Shown here: positions 53,307-64,000 of the stretch, piece after piece
Layout: every line of letters begins with the position of its first letter
Position numbering within the stretch: the first letter of the stretch is position 1
DNA from: Octopus sinensis
Taxonomy: Eukaryota
Direction: 5' to 3'
Length of the DNA stretch: 64,000 nt
NCBI RefSeq assembly: GCF_006345805.1
Contig: NC_043005.1
Location: forward strand, 53,940,001 to 54,004,000
Translations under genes and position numbers: made by a program
Notes under the pieces: model-generated
The model's database searches: none
Told to the model about the DNA's origin: nothing
Seen by the model: the letters and a program-made list of their open reading frames with translations, nothing else

Positions 53307-53623
53307 AAGGTGCATGGCTCAGTTGTTTGAGCATCGGGCTTACAATCATGAAATAGTGAGTTCGATTCTCAGACTGAGCAAGGCATTTTATTTCACTCAG
53401 CTGCTGTTCAATCAGCTGTAGAAATGAATTGTGATGTCACTGGTGCCAAACTGTATCGGTCTTTGCCTTTCTCTTGGATAGCATTGGTGGCATGGAGAGG
53501 GGGAGTCTGGTATGCATGGATGACTGCTGGTCTTTGATAAACAACCTTGTCCAGACTTGTGCCTCAGAGGGGAACTTTCTAGGTGCAATCCCATGGTCAT
53601 TCATAACTGAAGTGGGATCTTTA
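53307..53623 (+). mobile_element. SINE family C
   Basis: Aligns with 30288-30630. Confidence 0.8.
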
Positions 53624-53919
53624 CCTATTACTCTTAAGTGTTTAGAGAAATTGTCAAATGGATCAAAGCTTTATACTTATTTCTAAGTATGTAGTCCAAG
53701 AGCATCCCAAGACAACGTCTTCAGCAATATAACAATATTAAATGTCTATAAAAGGATAAATAACAGATGAAACACAGTTGAATGTTTAAATGGTATACAT
53801 ACATACATACATGTATACATACATACATGCATACACACATACATGTATACATACATACATGCTTACATACATACATACATAAATACATACATACATACAT
53901 ACATACATACATACATACA

Positions 53920-53948
<29 letters not shown>

Positions 53949-53951
<3 letters not shown>

Positions 53952-54368
53952 ATGATTTGGGATAGAGAAGAGAATCTGTGAACAGTTGTTAAAATTAGCT
54001 GCCCAGCAGATGATAACATAAAGCTAAAGATCAGTGAAAAAGGGAATACCTACGCTGAACTATTGAGAAATCTGCAGTTACTCTACCCAGATTACAAGCT
54101 CAGGTTTATACCTGTAATTATTGGGGCCCTGGGATATGTAACACACTGCCTAAATACCAGTCTTGAGAAGTTAGGCTTCTCAAAACCAGAAAAGAGAAAG
54201 CTGATTCGAAGACTACAGATCCAAACCATCACTGGAACTGTAAAAAATCAGAAAAACTTTCCAGAAGTTTATCATTTAAATATATGAGTATGTCTAGATA
54301 TTCAAATATATGTATGAGAATACACACATAGAGCAAAACATACAAACCTGAACACATACATACATACA

Positions 54369-54399
<31 letters not shown>

Positions 54400-54568
54400 G
54401 TACATACATACATACATACATACATACATACATACATACATACATACATACAAAAATACCTTGTTGATGCTGAAATTCCACAGAAGGAGACCTGAATCTA
54501 GGTTAGGGACCGGCTCATTCTCTATTTTCAAGAAATCATGAAATAAAACTGAACAATGACATACATAC
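53949..54568 (+). mobile_element. R4-clade non-LTR 3' fragment in (TACA)n
   Basis: IMIWD...KISCPADDNI..KISEK...YAELLRNLQLLYPDYKLRFIPVIIGALG (RLE). The 3' UTR has an internal (TACA)n and ends GACATACATAC. Confidence 0.85.
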
Positions 54569-55325
54569 CATTCCATTGTTTATGTATTTATATGCATATA
54601 GTTTATTAATGCATACATACATGTTTTTTAAAATAACTTTTTAATTCGGTACATTGTTTTCCTATATTTGTCATGCTTTTTTTGGTAAATTTTTTTCATA
54701 CTTTCATGCGACAGTTTTATATGTTAATCTCCTCTACTTTTCTTTTGAATGTTACTGTTCTGTATTTTATATTCCATTGTTTTATCATTTATTTACATTT
54801 GCTCTGTTTTACATTTTTCGCCTGTTTTACATTTTTCGCCTGTTTTTTTTTTCATTCATTTACATTTGTACACTTTTTTCACACAGCAGTTTTATGCATG
54901 GTAATATTCTCTGCCTTTGTTCTGAATGTTACCGAAATTTACTTATCTTGGCTGTCACGCCTAATTATGTAGTTTTTAGTTCTTCTTTTATTTTCTACAT
55001 CTTTTACTATCTATTCTATACCAAAGTTCTGGTTTTATTGCTTCACTTCTAAGACACCTTATCTTCCCTGTTTTCTTTTGCCCTCTCCGTCTCTCCTTTC
55101 CCCATATACCTAGATTCCATGATCATTCTTCCTTTGGACATGTATCTAAGGATTACATTGTCCAATTTGTCCATCTTTTTTTTTAATGCGATATGGTGTG
55201 AGTTGAGAGATTTGTCTGTTATTTCCTGTAGACCTATCAATGACACAGCAGCTCTTTTATTGTCACTGAATACCACCTAACGGTACATATTTTTCAGTTT
55301 GCTCTCCCTATTTCTCTATCTCACC

Positions 55326-55369
<44 letters not shown>

Positions 55370-55560
55370 CAATCCATTACCTTCTCTTTCATCTTTGGCT
55401 AATCCTATTTTTCCTTACTAAACTGGAATTGCTAATTTATTTTACATTTCCCTAACAAAGAACCCTATTCAGAAGTTTCTGGCTCTTTCAGTCATGTTTC
55501 CATGAATATAACTGTTTCTTGATCCATTATCTCAACAATTTTCTCAACAATTACCATTAC

Positions 55561-55604
<44 letters not shown>

Positions 55605-55631
55605 GTATTACTATTATTATCATCATCATCA

Positions 55632-56322
55632 TTTCTTTATATCACAGGTTTTGTTGGAACTCCTGGAGTCTTGCATACATAGCAGGCTTGTTACCTGCAA
55701 CATATGGTACCATGCTATCCGTTCTTTTCAGATTTCTGATACTTTCCTGATTATCCTGGCCATGCCAAGGAGACAAACCTTTTGTAACAGTTCTAATGGG
55801 CACTCTATTTCAATTTCCTTTATATTTCTCTTGATGCCTTCTGATGTTGTCTCCAAGGACCCAACAATAATTGGGTTGAATTTTTCTATTTTTTGCCTTC
55901 CTTCTTGAATATTCATGGATCAAAGGGACATCAACTATAAAGCCCATGTGGTGCATCTTGTCAACCAACCACCACTAGATCTGGTCTGTTATACTCTAGC
56001 ACCAGATCTGTTTGGATTGGGAAATCCCAGAGGATTTTGTTAGTCACTGACTTCACCTCTCTCTGTGGTTTGTGCTCATACCACATCTTGCCTCTCTCTA
56101 GCCCCCACTTTTCACACAGTTTCCAATGTTGCACTTTTGCTACCTGATCCTGTCACCACAAGTTGTGGTTTTGGGCAAGTCTAAGGCATTCGTTTGTAAT
56201 ATGGGCAATGGTTTCATCCACTCTATTACAGATGCAGCACAATGGAGACACTTGCCCGTTCTTAAGGTTGACCAAAGCTTGGTCTTGCACTACCAGTATA
56301 GTGCTCTTGGTCTCTTTTTTTA
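55632..56322 (-). mobile_element. R4/Dong-clade non-LTR 3' fragment (CCHC + RLE endonuclease), (TAA)n tail
   Basis: ...PIIVGSLETT...CPLELLQKVCLLGMARIIRKV; upstream DETIAHITNEC and KILWDFPIQTD motifs in other frames. Confidence 0.85.
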
Positions 56323-56351
56323 GTTCTTCTTCTTATTATTATTATTATTAT

Positions 56352-57442
56352 CATTCATATACACACAACAGATTAGACTATTGGAAGAGAAAAATTCCTA
56401 ACATCAGGTTACAGCAAGTAACCTTAAATGCCAAGAATCTTCCTAAGTATCCTAGCTGTCCTTAATAACACTGTTTTCTGGAGCTGTACTAAACTGGGTT
56501 TTATGCCTGTTTCCTCTATCCATCTGCTCAAATATTTAGGGATAGTTTCTAATGAATCTATATCTACTGGGATACATTTTACCCACCTTCATAGTCTCTG
56601 TAATTAAATGGCTAGGTCCCAGTACTTTGTTATGTTTTCTATAACTCTCATATTGATTTTTTCATAATTTAGACTGTAAAGTCAATTATCTGGCACTTTC
56701 TATTCTCTTTATCTACGACTGTTAAATCAGGCCTTCTAGCTTCTATTACTCTATCGGTCTGAATGTTAAAGTCCCACAACTTCTTGTATTTCTTACTTTG
56801 TAGTACTTTACTAGGTTCATGTTCATACAGTTTAAGAGTATGTTCAAATCCTAGCTTTCTACATTACTCCCAGTGGATTACTCTCCCTAAGTTGTCATAT
56901 CTTTTCTTGTGTTCTTTCTGTGCCAACATGCTACATTCACTTACTATATGAGTAACACCTTCCTCTTTTGATTTGCATAAGCTACATAAGAAATCTACTT
57001 GGTTTATGTTTATCGTGGTTTTTATCCAATTAGTCCTTAATGCTTGATTCTGTGCTGCTACTAACAAACTCTCTGTCTCCCTTTTCAATGTGCCTTTCTG
57101 CAACCATAACCATGTCTCACTACTACTATTTGCTGCAACTATCTTTGTGAATCTACCATGCAAAGCCTTCTCCTGCCAATCAGATAACTTCTTTTCATAT
57201 TTTTTGTTTTTAACTTCATTTGTTTTTTGTTTTCCTATGTCTTGTTGTGACTCTAGCAGCTTTTAATAAACTTCCTTCACTATTACCTACATAGGATTCT
57301 ATATCTACTCTAGCTAACTCCACACAGTCTTCTACTGATACCAACCTTCTTCAGCCTTCCTTTCTAGATAAGTATTATCTTGTTACTCCTACTTTTGGGT
57401 GGAGTCCTCCATTCAAATTGAATTCCTTCCTAGTTTTTCTAG
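56352..57442 (-). mobile_element. R4/Dong-clade non-LTR 3' fragment, second subfamily
   Basis: MHGRF...ETWLWLQKGTLKRETESLLVAAQNQALRTN..CSLCKSKEEGVTHIVSEC (CCHC) and LWDFNIQTDRVIEARRPDLTVVDK (RLE); (TAA)n tail. Confidence 0.9.
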
Positions 57443-57509
57443 TTCTTCTTCTTCTTCTTCTTCTTCTTCTTATTATTATTATTAATATTATTATTATTAT
57501 TATTACTAT

Positions 57510-57542
<33 letters not shown>

Positions 57543-57546
57543 CAGT

Positions 57547-57598
<52 letters not shown>

Positions 57599-57600
57599 TT

Positions 57601-57899
57601 CAGTCGTCTTATTTTTATCACATGGTTTGACTGCACTACTGAGTGCAGCTCTGTGTGCCTTGAATATGTGCTGTGGATTGTTGTGAATCTCTTACTTTTA
57701 CTGTAGTGAAAGTGTTTTACATAGGATGTGTGTGGTAACTAGTAGTGATATTTTCTGTATGTTTTATATATTTGTTAGTTCTGGTGCTTTTGTAATGTAT
57801 TTGTCTGGACATTTTTTTATCATACATAATGCGCCTACTATGATAGGAATTGTTTCTGTGTTTAGACTCCATGTTTGAGTTACCTCAATTTCTAGGTCA
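57601..57899 (-). mobile_element. R4/Dong-clade 3' end, third subfamily
   Basis: DLEIEVTQTWSLNTETIPIIVGALCMIKK...NIQKISLL; triplet-repeat flanks. Confidence 0.8.
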
Positions 57900-57915
57900 T
57901 TATTATTATTATTAC

Positions 57916-57960
<45 letters not shown>

Positions 57961-58229
57961 CATCATTATTACTACTCCTATTATTATTATTATTATTATT
58001 ATCATTATTATAAGGTGGCAAGCTGGCAGAATCATTATCACGCAGTAAATCCCTGTCATTACATTCTGAGTTCAAATTCTGACAAGGTCAATTTTTGCCT
58101 TTTGTCCTTTTGGGGTCGATAACTTAAGTATCAGTGAAACACTGGGGTCAATGTAATTGACTAGTCCTCTGCCCTAAAACTTCAGGCCTTGTGCCTTTAG
58201 TAGAATGGATTATTATTATTATTATTATA

Positions 58230-58260
<31 letters not shown>

Positions 58261-58960
58261 TATTACTATTATTGTTGCTGTTGTTGTTGAAGAATTAGTT
58301 GAGAACTGGCCAAAAGGAATTGTGGTATTCTGAGCTATTTAGCTACATCTGAGTTCAAGTTACAGTGGAGTCAACTTTAGTGTTCATTATCGTGGAGTTG
58401 ATTAAGTAAGCACCAAACAAGGCAAATACCATGTAGCCAAGTGTTAATGTTATATATGCTTCCTCTAACTCTTTCCTGTGGTTTTAATCCTATTCACTAC
58501 CACTTCAAACCCCCATTGCCTTTCAGAAAATACCCTTAGAGAAAAATGTCTCAGATAAGACTGTCTAACATGATAAACAGATTCACTTTTATGCTCAATA
58601 AAGAGCAAAAAAAGAAATTATTCTATATACTTTTTGCTCTTTATTGAGTTCTCTTTCCAAAGCACATTAAATTCATTGATATCTTGTAAAACATTGAAAG
58701 GATTCTGTTGCTGCAAATCAACACTGATTTCCTCAATTTCTAACATTCTTCTGTTTAGCTTTGTAATCTAATAATTGGAAGGATAATTCCTATCATTTGA
58801 TATTCTTTTTCAATTCTTGATTAGTGATATATACCTTGAATACTTGATTACAAGTGTCTTAACATACAACATAGATTCTTTTTAGCCATCACCGGTAGCA
58901 GCATGTAGCCCATTACTCACATTTTGTTTATCTACTGCCAATGTTACCTATCATACATAC

Positions 58961-59003
<43 letters not shown>

Positions 59004-59619
59004 TGTGTATTTGCATAGGTATGTGTGTATACACTCAGCATCCTCATCAGTATCATTTTAACATCCACTCTTCTATGTTTGCCTGGGTCAGACAGAATTT
59101 GTTGAGGCCAACTTTCTATGGCTGGATGACATTCTTTTCCCCAAAGTTCACCTGTTTCCAAACAGAGGGTTATTTCTCAATGGTTGGATATGTTTCCAAG
59201 GAGAATAGAAAATGAAGGACATTTCTTCTGTGACAGTGACACTAGTTGGTAAATATTATGTGATATTTGGAAAGCAGAAACAAACACATACACATATACA
59301 TGTGCATGCATATAAACATGCATACTCATGCACACACTCACACGGTCTATCAAGAAAAGGTATATACAATCAACTAAAAATAAGTAATCAAAATGGATTA
59401 ATAAAGTGGGTCACGCAACTAAATAACTTTAAACAAAACTTTTTTAAATATTTAAGAAATATAAAAATATATCAATCGACTAAAGAAGTTTTTACTCCCC
59501 TCAAGTAAAAATATGTCAAAAACCATGTTAATATTTATATATGATCAAATGTATGGAAGCGTGGTGTTATATAAAGTTGTTGACTCATATTTGACGTTTG
59601 CGCTCTAATCAATTTTAAT

Positions 59620-59661
<42 letters not shown>

Positions 59662-59818
59662 TTTAACGTGTATAAGGAACCTCCTAATTTTGAGAGCTTA
59701 AAATTGGAAAAAAGGTTTTGTAAAGGATTATAATACTATCCATGTATAAGAAACTCCCATATTTTTTAACCTGATTTTTGACAAAAAAAGTTCCTTATAC
59801 ACATTAAAATACGGTATA

Positions 59819-59856
<38 letters not shown>

Positions 59857-60014
59857 GCGTGTGCATGCATACACACACACATATACATTAAATATAAATA
59901 TAAATGTTACAAAAACCCACTACAAACCAAGAAACCGAGAATCCCTAACCATATCAATCCTACGAGAACTCGAATTTAAATGAAGAGTAACTTAGAAACA
60001 CAAGATACAAAACC

Positions 60015-60055
60015 TTCACGTCAGCAAACATCAAATGTATACATTCAACGTCAGC
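60015..60055. promoter_or_regulatory. Paired CRE/ATF-type half sites (ACGTCAGC x2)
   Basis: TTCACGTCAGC and CAACGTCAGC 30 bp apart, about 350 bp downstream of the ORF; motif match only. Confidence 0.25.
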
Positions 60056-60382
60056 TGCCTAATGAATAACCTCATGGTTTCGATTCCTGTGCAGAACCAT
60101 TTAATTCGGCTGTTGTGAACAACCTTTAAGTCATAAACACTGCCTGGAACTTAACAGACAAGAAGCAGGAATACAATTTATCCGTCACATTTGCTTATTG
60201 CTACGAAGCAATCATTAAATGTCTCATATTAATCGTTACATATCTATAGTTAAAAAGCACGCAATTTAAAAACTACATGTAGAAAATAGAGAAATATCCC
60301 CAAAATGAATATTGCCACCTCAAGAATTATAGAACTTAAAAACAGAACATTAAAAAGAACTGGTAAACTAGGATGATAAATA

Positions 60383-60697
60383 TCAGTTCGTAGTCGAGGT
60401 ACACGATAGTTGAAGTGCTGTAACAAGAAGCTGAGGCTGCAATGCAGAACGCATGTCGTGCGTGAAGCTGTGGCTACTATGCTGCTGCCGGGTTACTTGG
60501 TACAAGAGTTCTCGCAGGTTGTATTTACTGTTAACCATGGTGAAGAAATTCACAAACAGTGAGGAGTAGAATCTGGGCGAGTGTTGCTGGTTGCTGTGTA
60601 TGTAAAGAGATGTTATTAACGACGTTAAGAAGATGATGGAAGCGACGAAGAAGGAGACTGCCGTATGCTGTTGGTCGAGTGTTGATGCGTTCTCCAT
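60383..60697 (-). CDS. Unidentified 104-aa ORF or first coding exon with an N-terminal hydrophobic segment (signal or TM-like VSFFVASIIFLTSLITSLYI)
   Basis: Non-repetitive, CpG-containing ORF about 78 nt downstream of a predicted TSS. A second in-frame ATG at 60538 has strong Kozak context (CACCATGG). A possible phase-0 donor CAA|GTAACC follows 60497. No family recognised; it could be a uORF or non-coding. Confidence 0.4.
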   Translation of the reverse strand: MENASTLDQQHTAVSFFVASIIFLTSLITSLYIHSNQQHSPRFYSSLFVNFFTMVNSKYNLRELLYQVTRQQHSSHSFTHDMRSALQPQLLVTALQLSCTSTTN

Positions 60698-60759
60698 GAG
60701 GCTGCGTGTTGTACTGTCGCTGGAACTGGCTGTGTGCTCTGTGGTTAGATATTAGAAGG

Positions 60760-60940
60760 TCTGAAACCGAAAGACGAAGGACGGAATTGAAGCTAACTTT
60801 TTATACTGTACTATCGACTCACCGGAATGTTTGGAAGAGACTGTCTCACGTTACCTTATCAGAAGTCTGCGATTGGTTGGGTTGCATATTGGCGTGTAAT
60901 AGAGCAAGAGACAAAGTGCACCAATGCCGACCAATCAGAG
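60760..60940 (-). promoter_or_regulatory. Pol II promoter: TATA box plus four CCAAT boxes
   Basis: TATAAAAA on the minus strand at 60805-60798, with an Inr-like TTCGTC about 30 nt downstream (~60775). ATTGG at 60872-76 and 60888-92; CCAAT at 60921-25 and 60931-35. Local CpG enrichment in a CpG-poor window. Confidence 0.65.
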
Positions 60941-61870
60941 TAGTGGATACAACAGGGTTCAAAATAACGGCCGAAGGCTAGCTGTTATCTACTACGTCCG
61001 TATTCATTTATGTATAACAGAGAGAGAATTTCCTTTGAGCGTCCGCTACACACACATTGCTAATACGTACAACAGAAAACAATAATAACTTTCTAGAATA
61101 GTCAACCTAGAAATGTAAATATACAGAATAATTAATGAACATAAACTAACATTTCTATCTAAGAATCTATAACATTTCAAAAACCAAAGTATAATTAAAA
61201 CGCATTAAGCATGAACTAACGGAATAACATGTAATTGTAACTATCGGGCAAATAAACCAATGAAGACTAATATCTATTAAACATGAACCTTAATTATATG
61301 AGATATATTTAAATGAATATTTTCACCTAAAATAAATCATATAAATAATGTGAAATTGACAAAAACACCCAAATCATAACGCAAATATCCACTAACGTAC
61401 TCAAAACATAAAAAACATAATTAAAACGAAATGTAAACCAACGGAATAACATATCCCTTTAACTATCAGGCATCAATCGCCTATGACATGGAAGTAAATT
61501 AATGTAGATCTATATCTATTAAATATAAACTTTAATTATATAAAATATTTTTTAAATAATATTTCCGCGTAAAAGATATACATAATGTAGAATAGACTAA
61601 AACAAACAAATCAAAACGAAACTATTTACTATCTTGTTATGTAGATAGAAAAACAACATTGCGACCACCTGCTGTGAAGAAAACAACAAAATTAAAAACA
61701 TAACTTTTCACTTAATCGCTGTCCACAGCCAAAATATTGCTTGTATTCTGAGTGAAGTATACATACATACATAAATAAATACATACATACATACATACAT
61801 ACATACATACATACATACTCTTTTACTTGTTTCAGTCATTTGACTGTGACCATGCTGGGGCACCGCCTTT

Positions 61871-61901
<31 letters not shown>

Positions 61902-61924
61902 AATACATAATGCATACATACATA

Positions 61925-62893
61925 ACCCCTCAAGAAGCACTCTCTTCCTGATGATCTCCTATATAGCCCCAAAACAGCTGAGCCATCTTATCTCAGATAA
62001 GACCTGACTGGAAAGCACTCAGTATACGAAATAAAAATTGCCCGGAAGCTTGTAGAAGACAATAGAATTGACACAAAGCGTAGCCTCCCTTGGACACAAG
62101 ACCACTACATCACATCACACTCTGAGAAACAGGAGATTGCCACAAAGTACCTGCGTGAACAAGAGAGACAGTGACGCTCTTGTAATCCTAAGGTGCAACC
62201 GCATGTGTAGGCTATGTCATGTTTCTTTGGAAGACATCGTGCAAGTGATTAGCAGCTGTTCTAAAATGACATCACTGTACTACCTCCGTTCGTGGTACGA
62301 TGTTGTTGCTAAAACAATTTACAATCCCATCCGCAAGAAAGACTGTCCTGAAATAAACAGAAAATCCCTCTATTATAGAAAACATTCACAAACACCAACT
62401 CAAGGAATACTGGTGGAATATTCCCATCAAAACTTCTGTCAAGAGTAAACATAACAGGCTGGATGTTGTTGTTTGGGACAAAGGGGCAAAGGTATGTACC
62501 ATCATAGGGGTTAGCTGCCTTGCAAATATAAATATCCCTTTGAAAATCAAAGAAAAAGAGGATATCTATGGACAACTGCTTTGAAACCTCTGGCTTCGAT
62601 ATCCAAACTATGAATTCATATTCATACCAATAATAATTAGAGCACTAGATTTTGTTAGTAAATGGTTAAAGGAGGATCTGGATGAACTGGGATTTTCAGA
62701 AAGAGAAATCGACCAGCTAATTCGTACATTACAAGTGCAATCTGTGAGTGGAACAGTAAAAATATGCAAGTTCCAAATGTGAATTTGTTTGTGTTAACTA
62801 CATCCCAAAGACGGAGCCTTGTATCTTTGTTGGAAACTGGCTCCCTCCTTAGTGGAAGATTTACAACAATCAAAAAATAGAAGCGCATACATG
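61925..62893 (+). mobile_element. R4-clade non-LTR 3' fragment in (TACA)n, related subfamily
   Basis: CRLCHVSLEDIVQVISSC (CCHC), HNRLDVVVWDK..CTIIGVSC...KEKEDIY (RLE), ...RTLQVQSVSGTVKICK; TACA flanks. Confidence 0.85.
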
Positions 62894-63953
62894 CAGTGTT
62901 TAGACTAAATTTGACATTTTATATGAAAATAAACGAAAACACAATACCCCATCGAAAAATAATTGTATTTAAAAATATTTCAAATAGATTGAGGCTGAGA
63001 GATGTGAGTTAACTCAAAGTAGCGGCCTTCAGCTTCCACCATGATCTCAAGATGTGTCTGGAACCCGACGCATGTCTTCTTCACTGTTTAAGAAGGTTTT
63101 CGAACACCTTCTTGATCTTGGCCATCAGTTCTGCCTTGGTTTTGCAGGAAGAGAGGTTGGTGTCTTTCTAAACTCCTGATCCATAGGGTTATAATCGGAA
63201 GAGTTGGGAGGCCAGAAGTTGGGGCTGTTGAAGTCGAAAATATTTTCAGACAACCACTTCTAATTCTTCCTGGAAGTATGGCAAGGAACCGAATCCTGCT
63301 GCAATACCAATGTTCGTCGAGCAGCAACCCTCTCTCGTCAAGGTTTGACCACAACCTCCAGCAGCTTCACATAGCCACCTGAATTGAGCCTGAAGTCTCG
63401 TTCAAAGATGTGGGGATGAATCCTGGCGTGCAGACGAAGACAGAACGCCTACTGTATCCCTGCCTTCTGGCCACGGTTTCCTTTTTCTCCATTACAGCTG
63501 TCCGTGTCAGAGCTTACAGTTTCTGCAATGTTTACGAAGCATTGAGCAGCAGTCATAACATCAGTATCTTTATACCCGGCGCTAATCATCATGATACAGC
63601 TAACTCTTTTCCAATATTCAGATGGCTTCTAGTCCTCCTCACCAGCTAACTTTTTCTTAACTACAAACTTTAATCTTTATGCTTTTCAGTGATCTTTGAC
63701 TTCGTGAATGCATCAGAATATTCCTATATTTTTTCTACTCTAGACACAAGGCCTGAAATTTTGGGGGAGGGAGCTAGTCGATTAGATCGACTCCAGTACG
63801 CAACTGGTACTTAATTTATCGACCACGAAAGGATGAAAGGCAAAGTCGACCTCGGCAGAATTTGAGCTCAGAAGGTTAAGACAGAAAAAAACATCAAAAT
63901 ATTCCTGAAAAAGGAGACATAAACAAATTGTCAAATTTAGCCTAGATACCCTG
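62894..63953 (-). mobile_element. maT (DD37D-type) transposon relic containing a SINE insertion
   Basis: TIRs CAGTGTTTAGACTAAATTTGACA / TGTCAAATTTAGCCTAGATACCCTG. Minus strand LQQDSVPCHTS...NFWPPNSSDYNPMD gives ~37-residue D-D spacing after one frameshift. Confidence 0.8.
63731..63890 (-). mobile_element. SINE family B inserted in the maT element
   Basis: Reverse complement of the family B body and tail. Confidence 0.85.
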
Positions 63954-63961
63954 TTCATGCA

Positions 63962-63993
<32 letters not shown>

Positions 63994-64000
63994 CACGTGC

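Noticed and set aside
58640-58860. Possible hAT transposase relic (EISVDLQQQNPFNVLQDINEFNVLWK)
   Set aside because: Similarity is too weak and short, and no termini were found
60383-60697. Antizyme-type frameshift, ferritin IRE, IL-17 or histone identity for the ORF
   Set aside because: There is no TCC-TGA shift site, no CAGUGN stem-loop, no cystine-knot cysteines and no histone sequence

Overview
AT-rich, microsatellite-saturated eukaryotic DNA. The SINE and MITE families and the (TA)n/(TACA)n/(AAT)n load point to an octopod (Octopus) genome; this is inferred from recognition of the repeats, not from a search. Almost all supplied ORFs are microsatellite or repeat read-through. The window is mostly intron-like or intergenic and holds: four tRNA-SINE or retroposon-tail families in many copies; R4/Dong-clade non-LTR fragments in (TAA)n and (TACA)n arrays; RTE and CR1/L2-type LINE relics; four Tc1/mariner relics; hAT and piggyBac-like MITEs; and several Penelope-type termini with hammerhead-ribozyme motifs. 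The most striking object is a perfect 235-bp-arm palindrome (3280-3754) carrying an intact-looking minimal hammerhead with a U3-A8 core covariation. The only convincing host-gene signal is a CpG-enriched TATA + 4xCCAAT promoter (~60760-60940) pointing leftwards into a 104-codon ORF (60383-60697) that I cannot identify. A few minus-strand exon candidates lie downstream, but no gene could be named.
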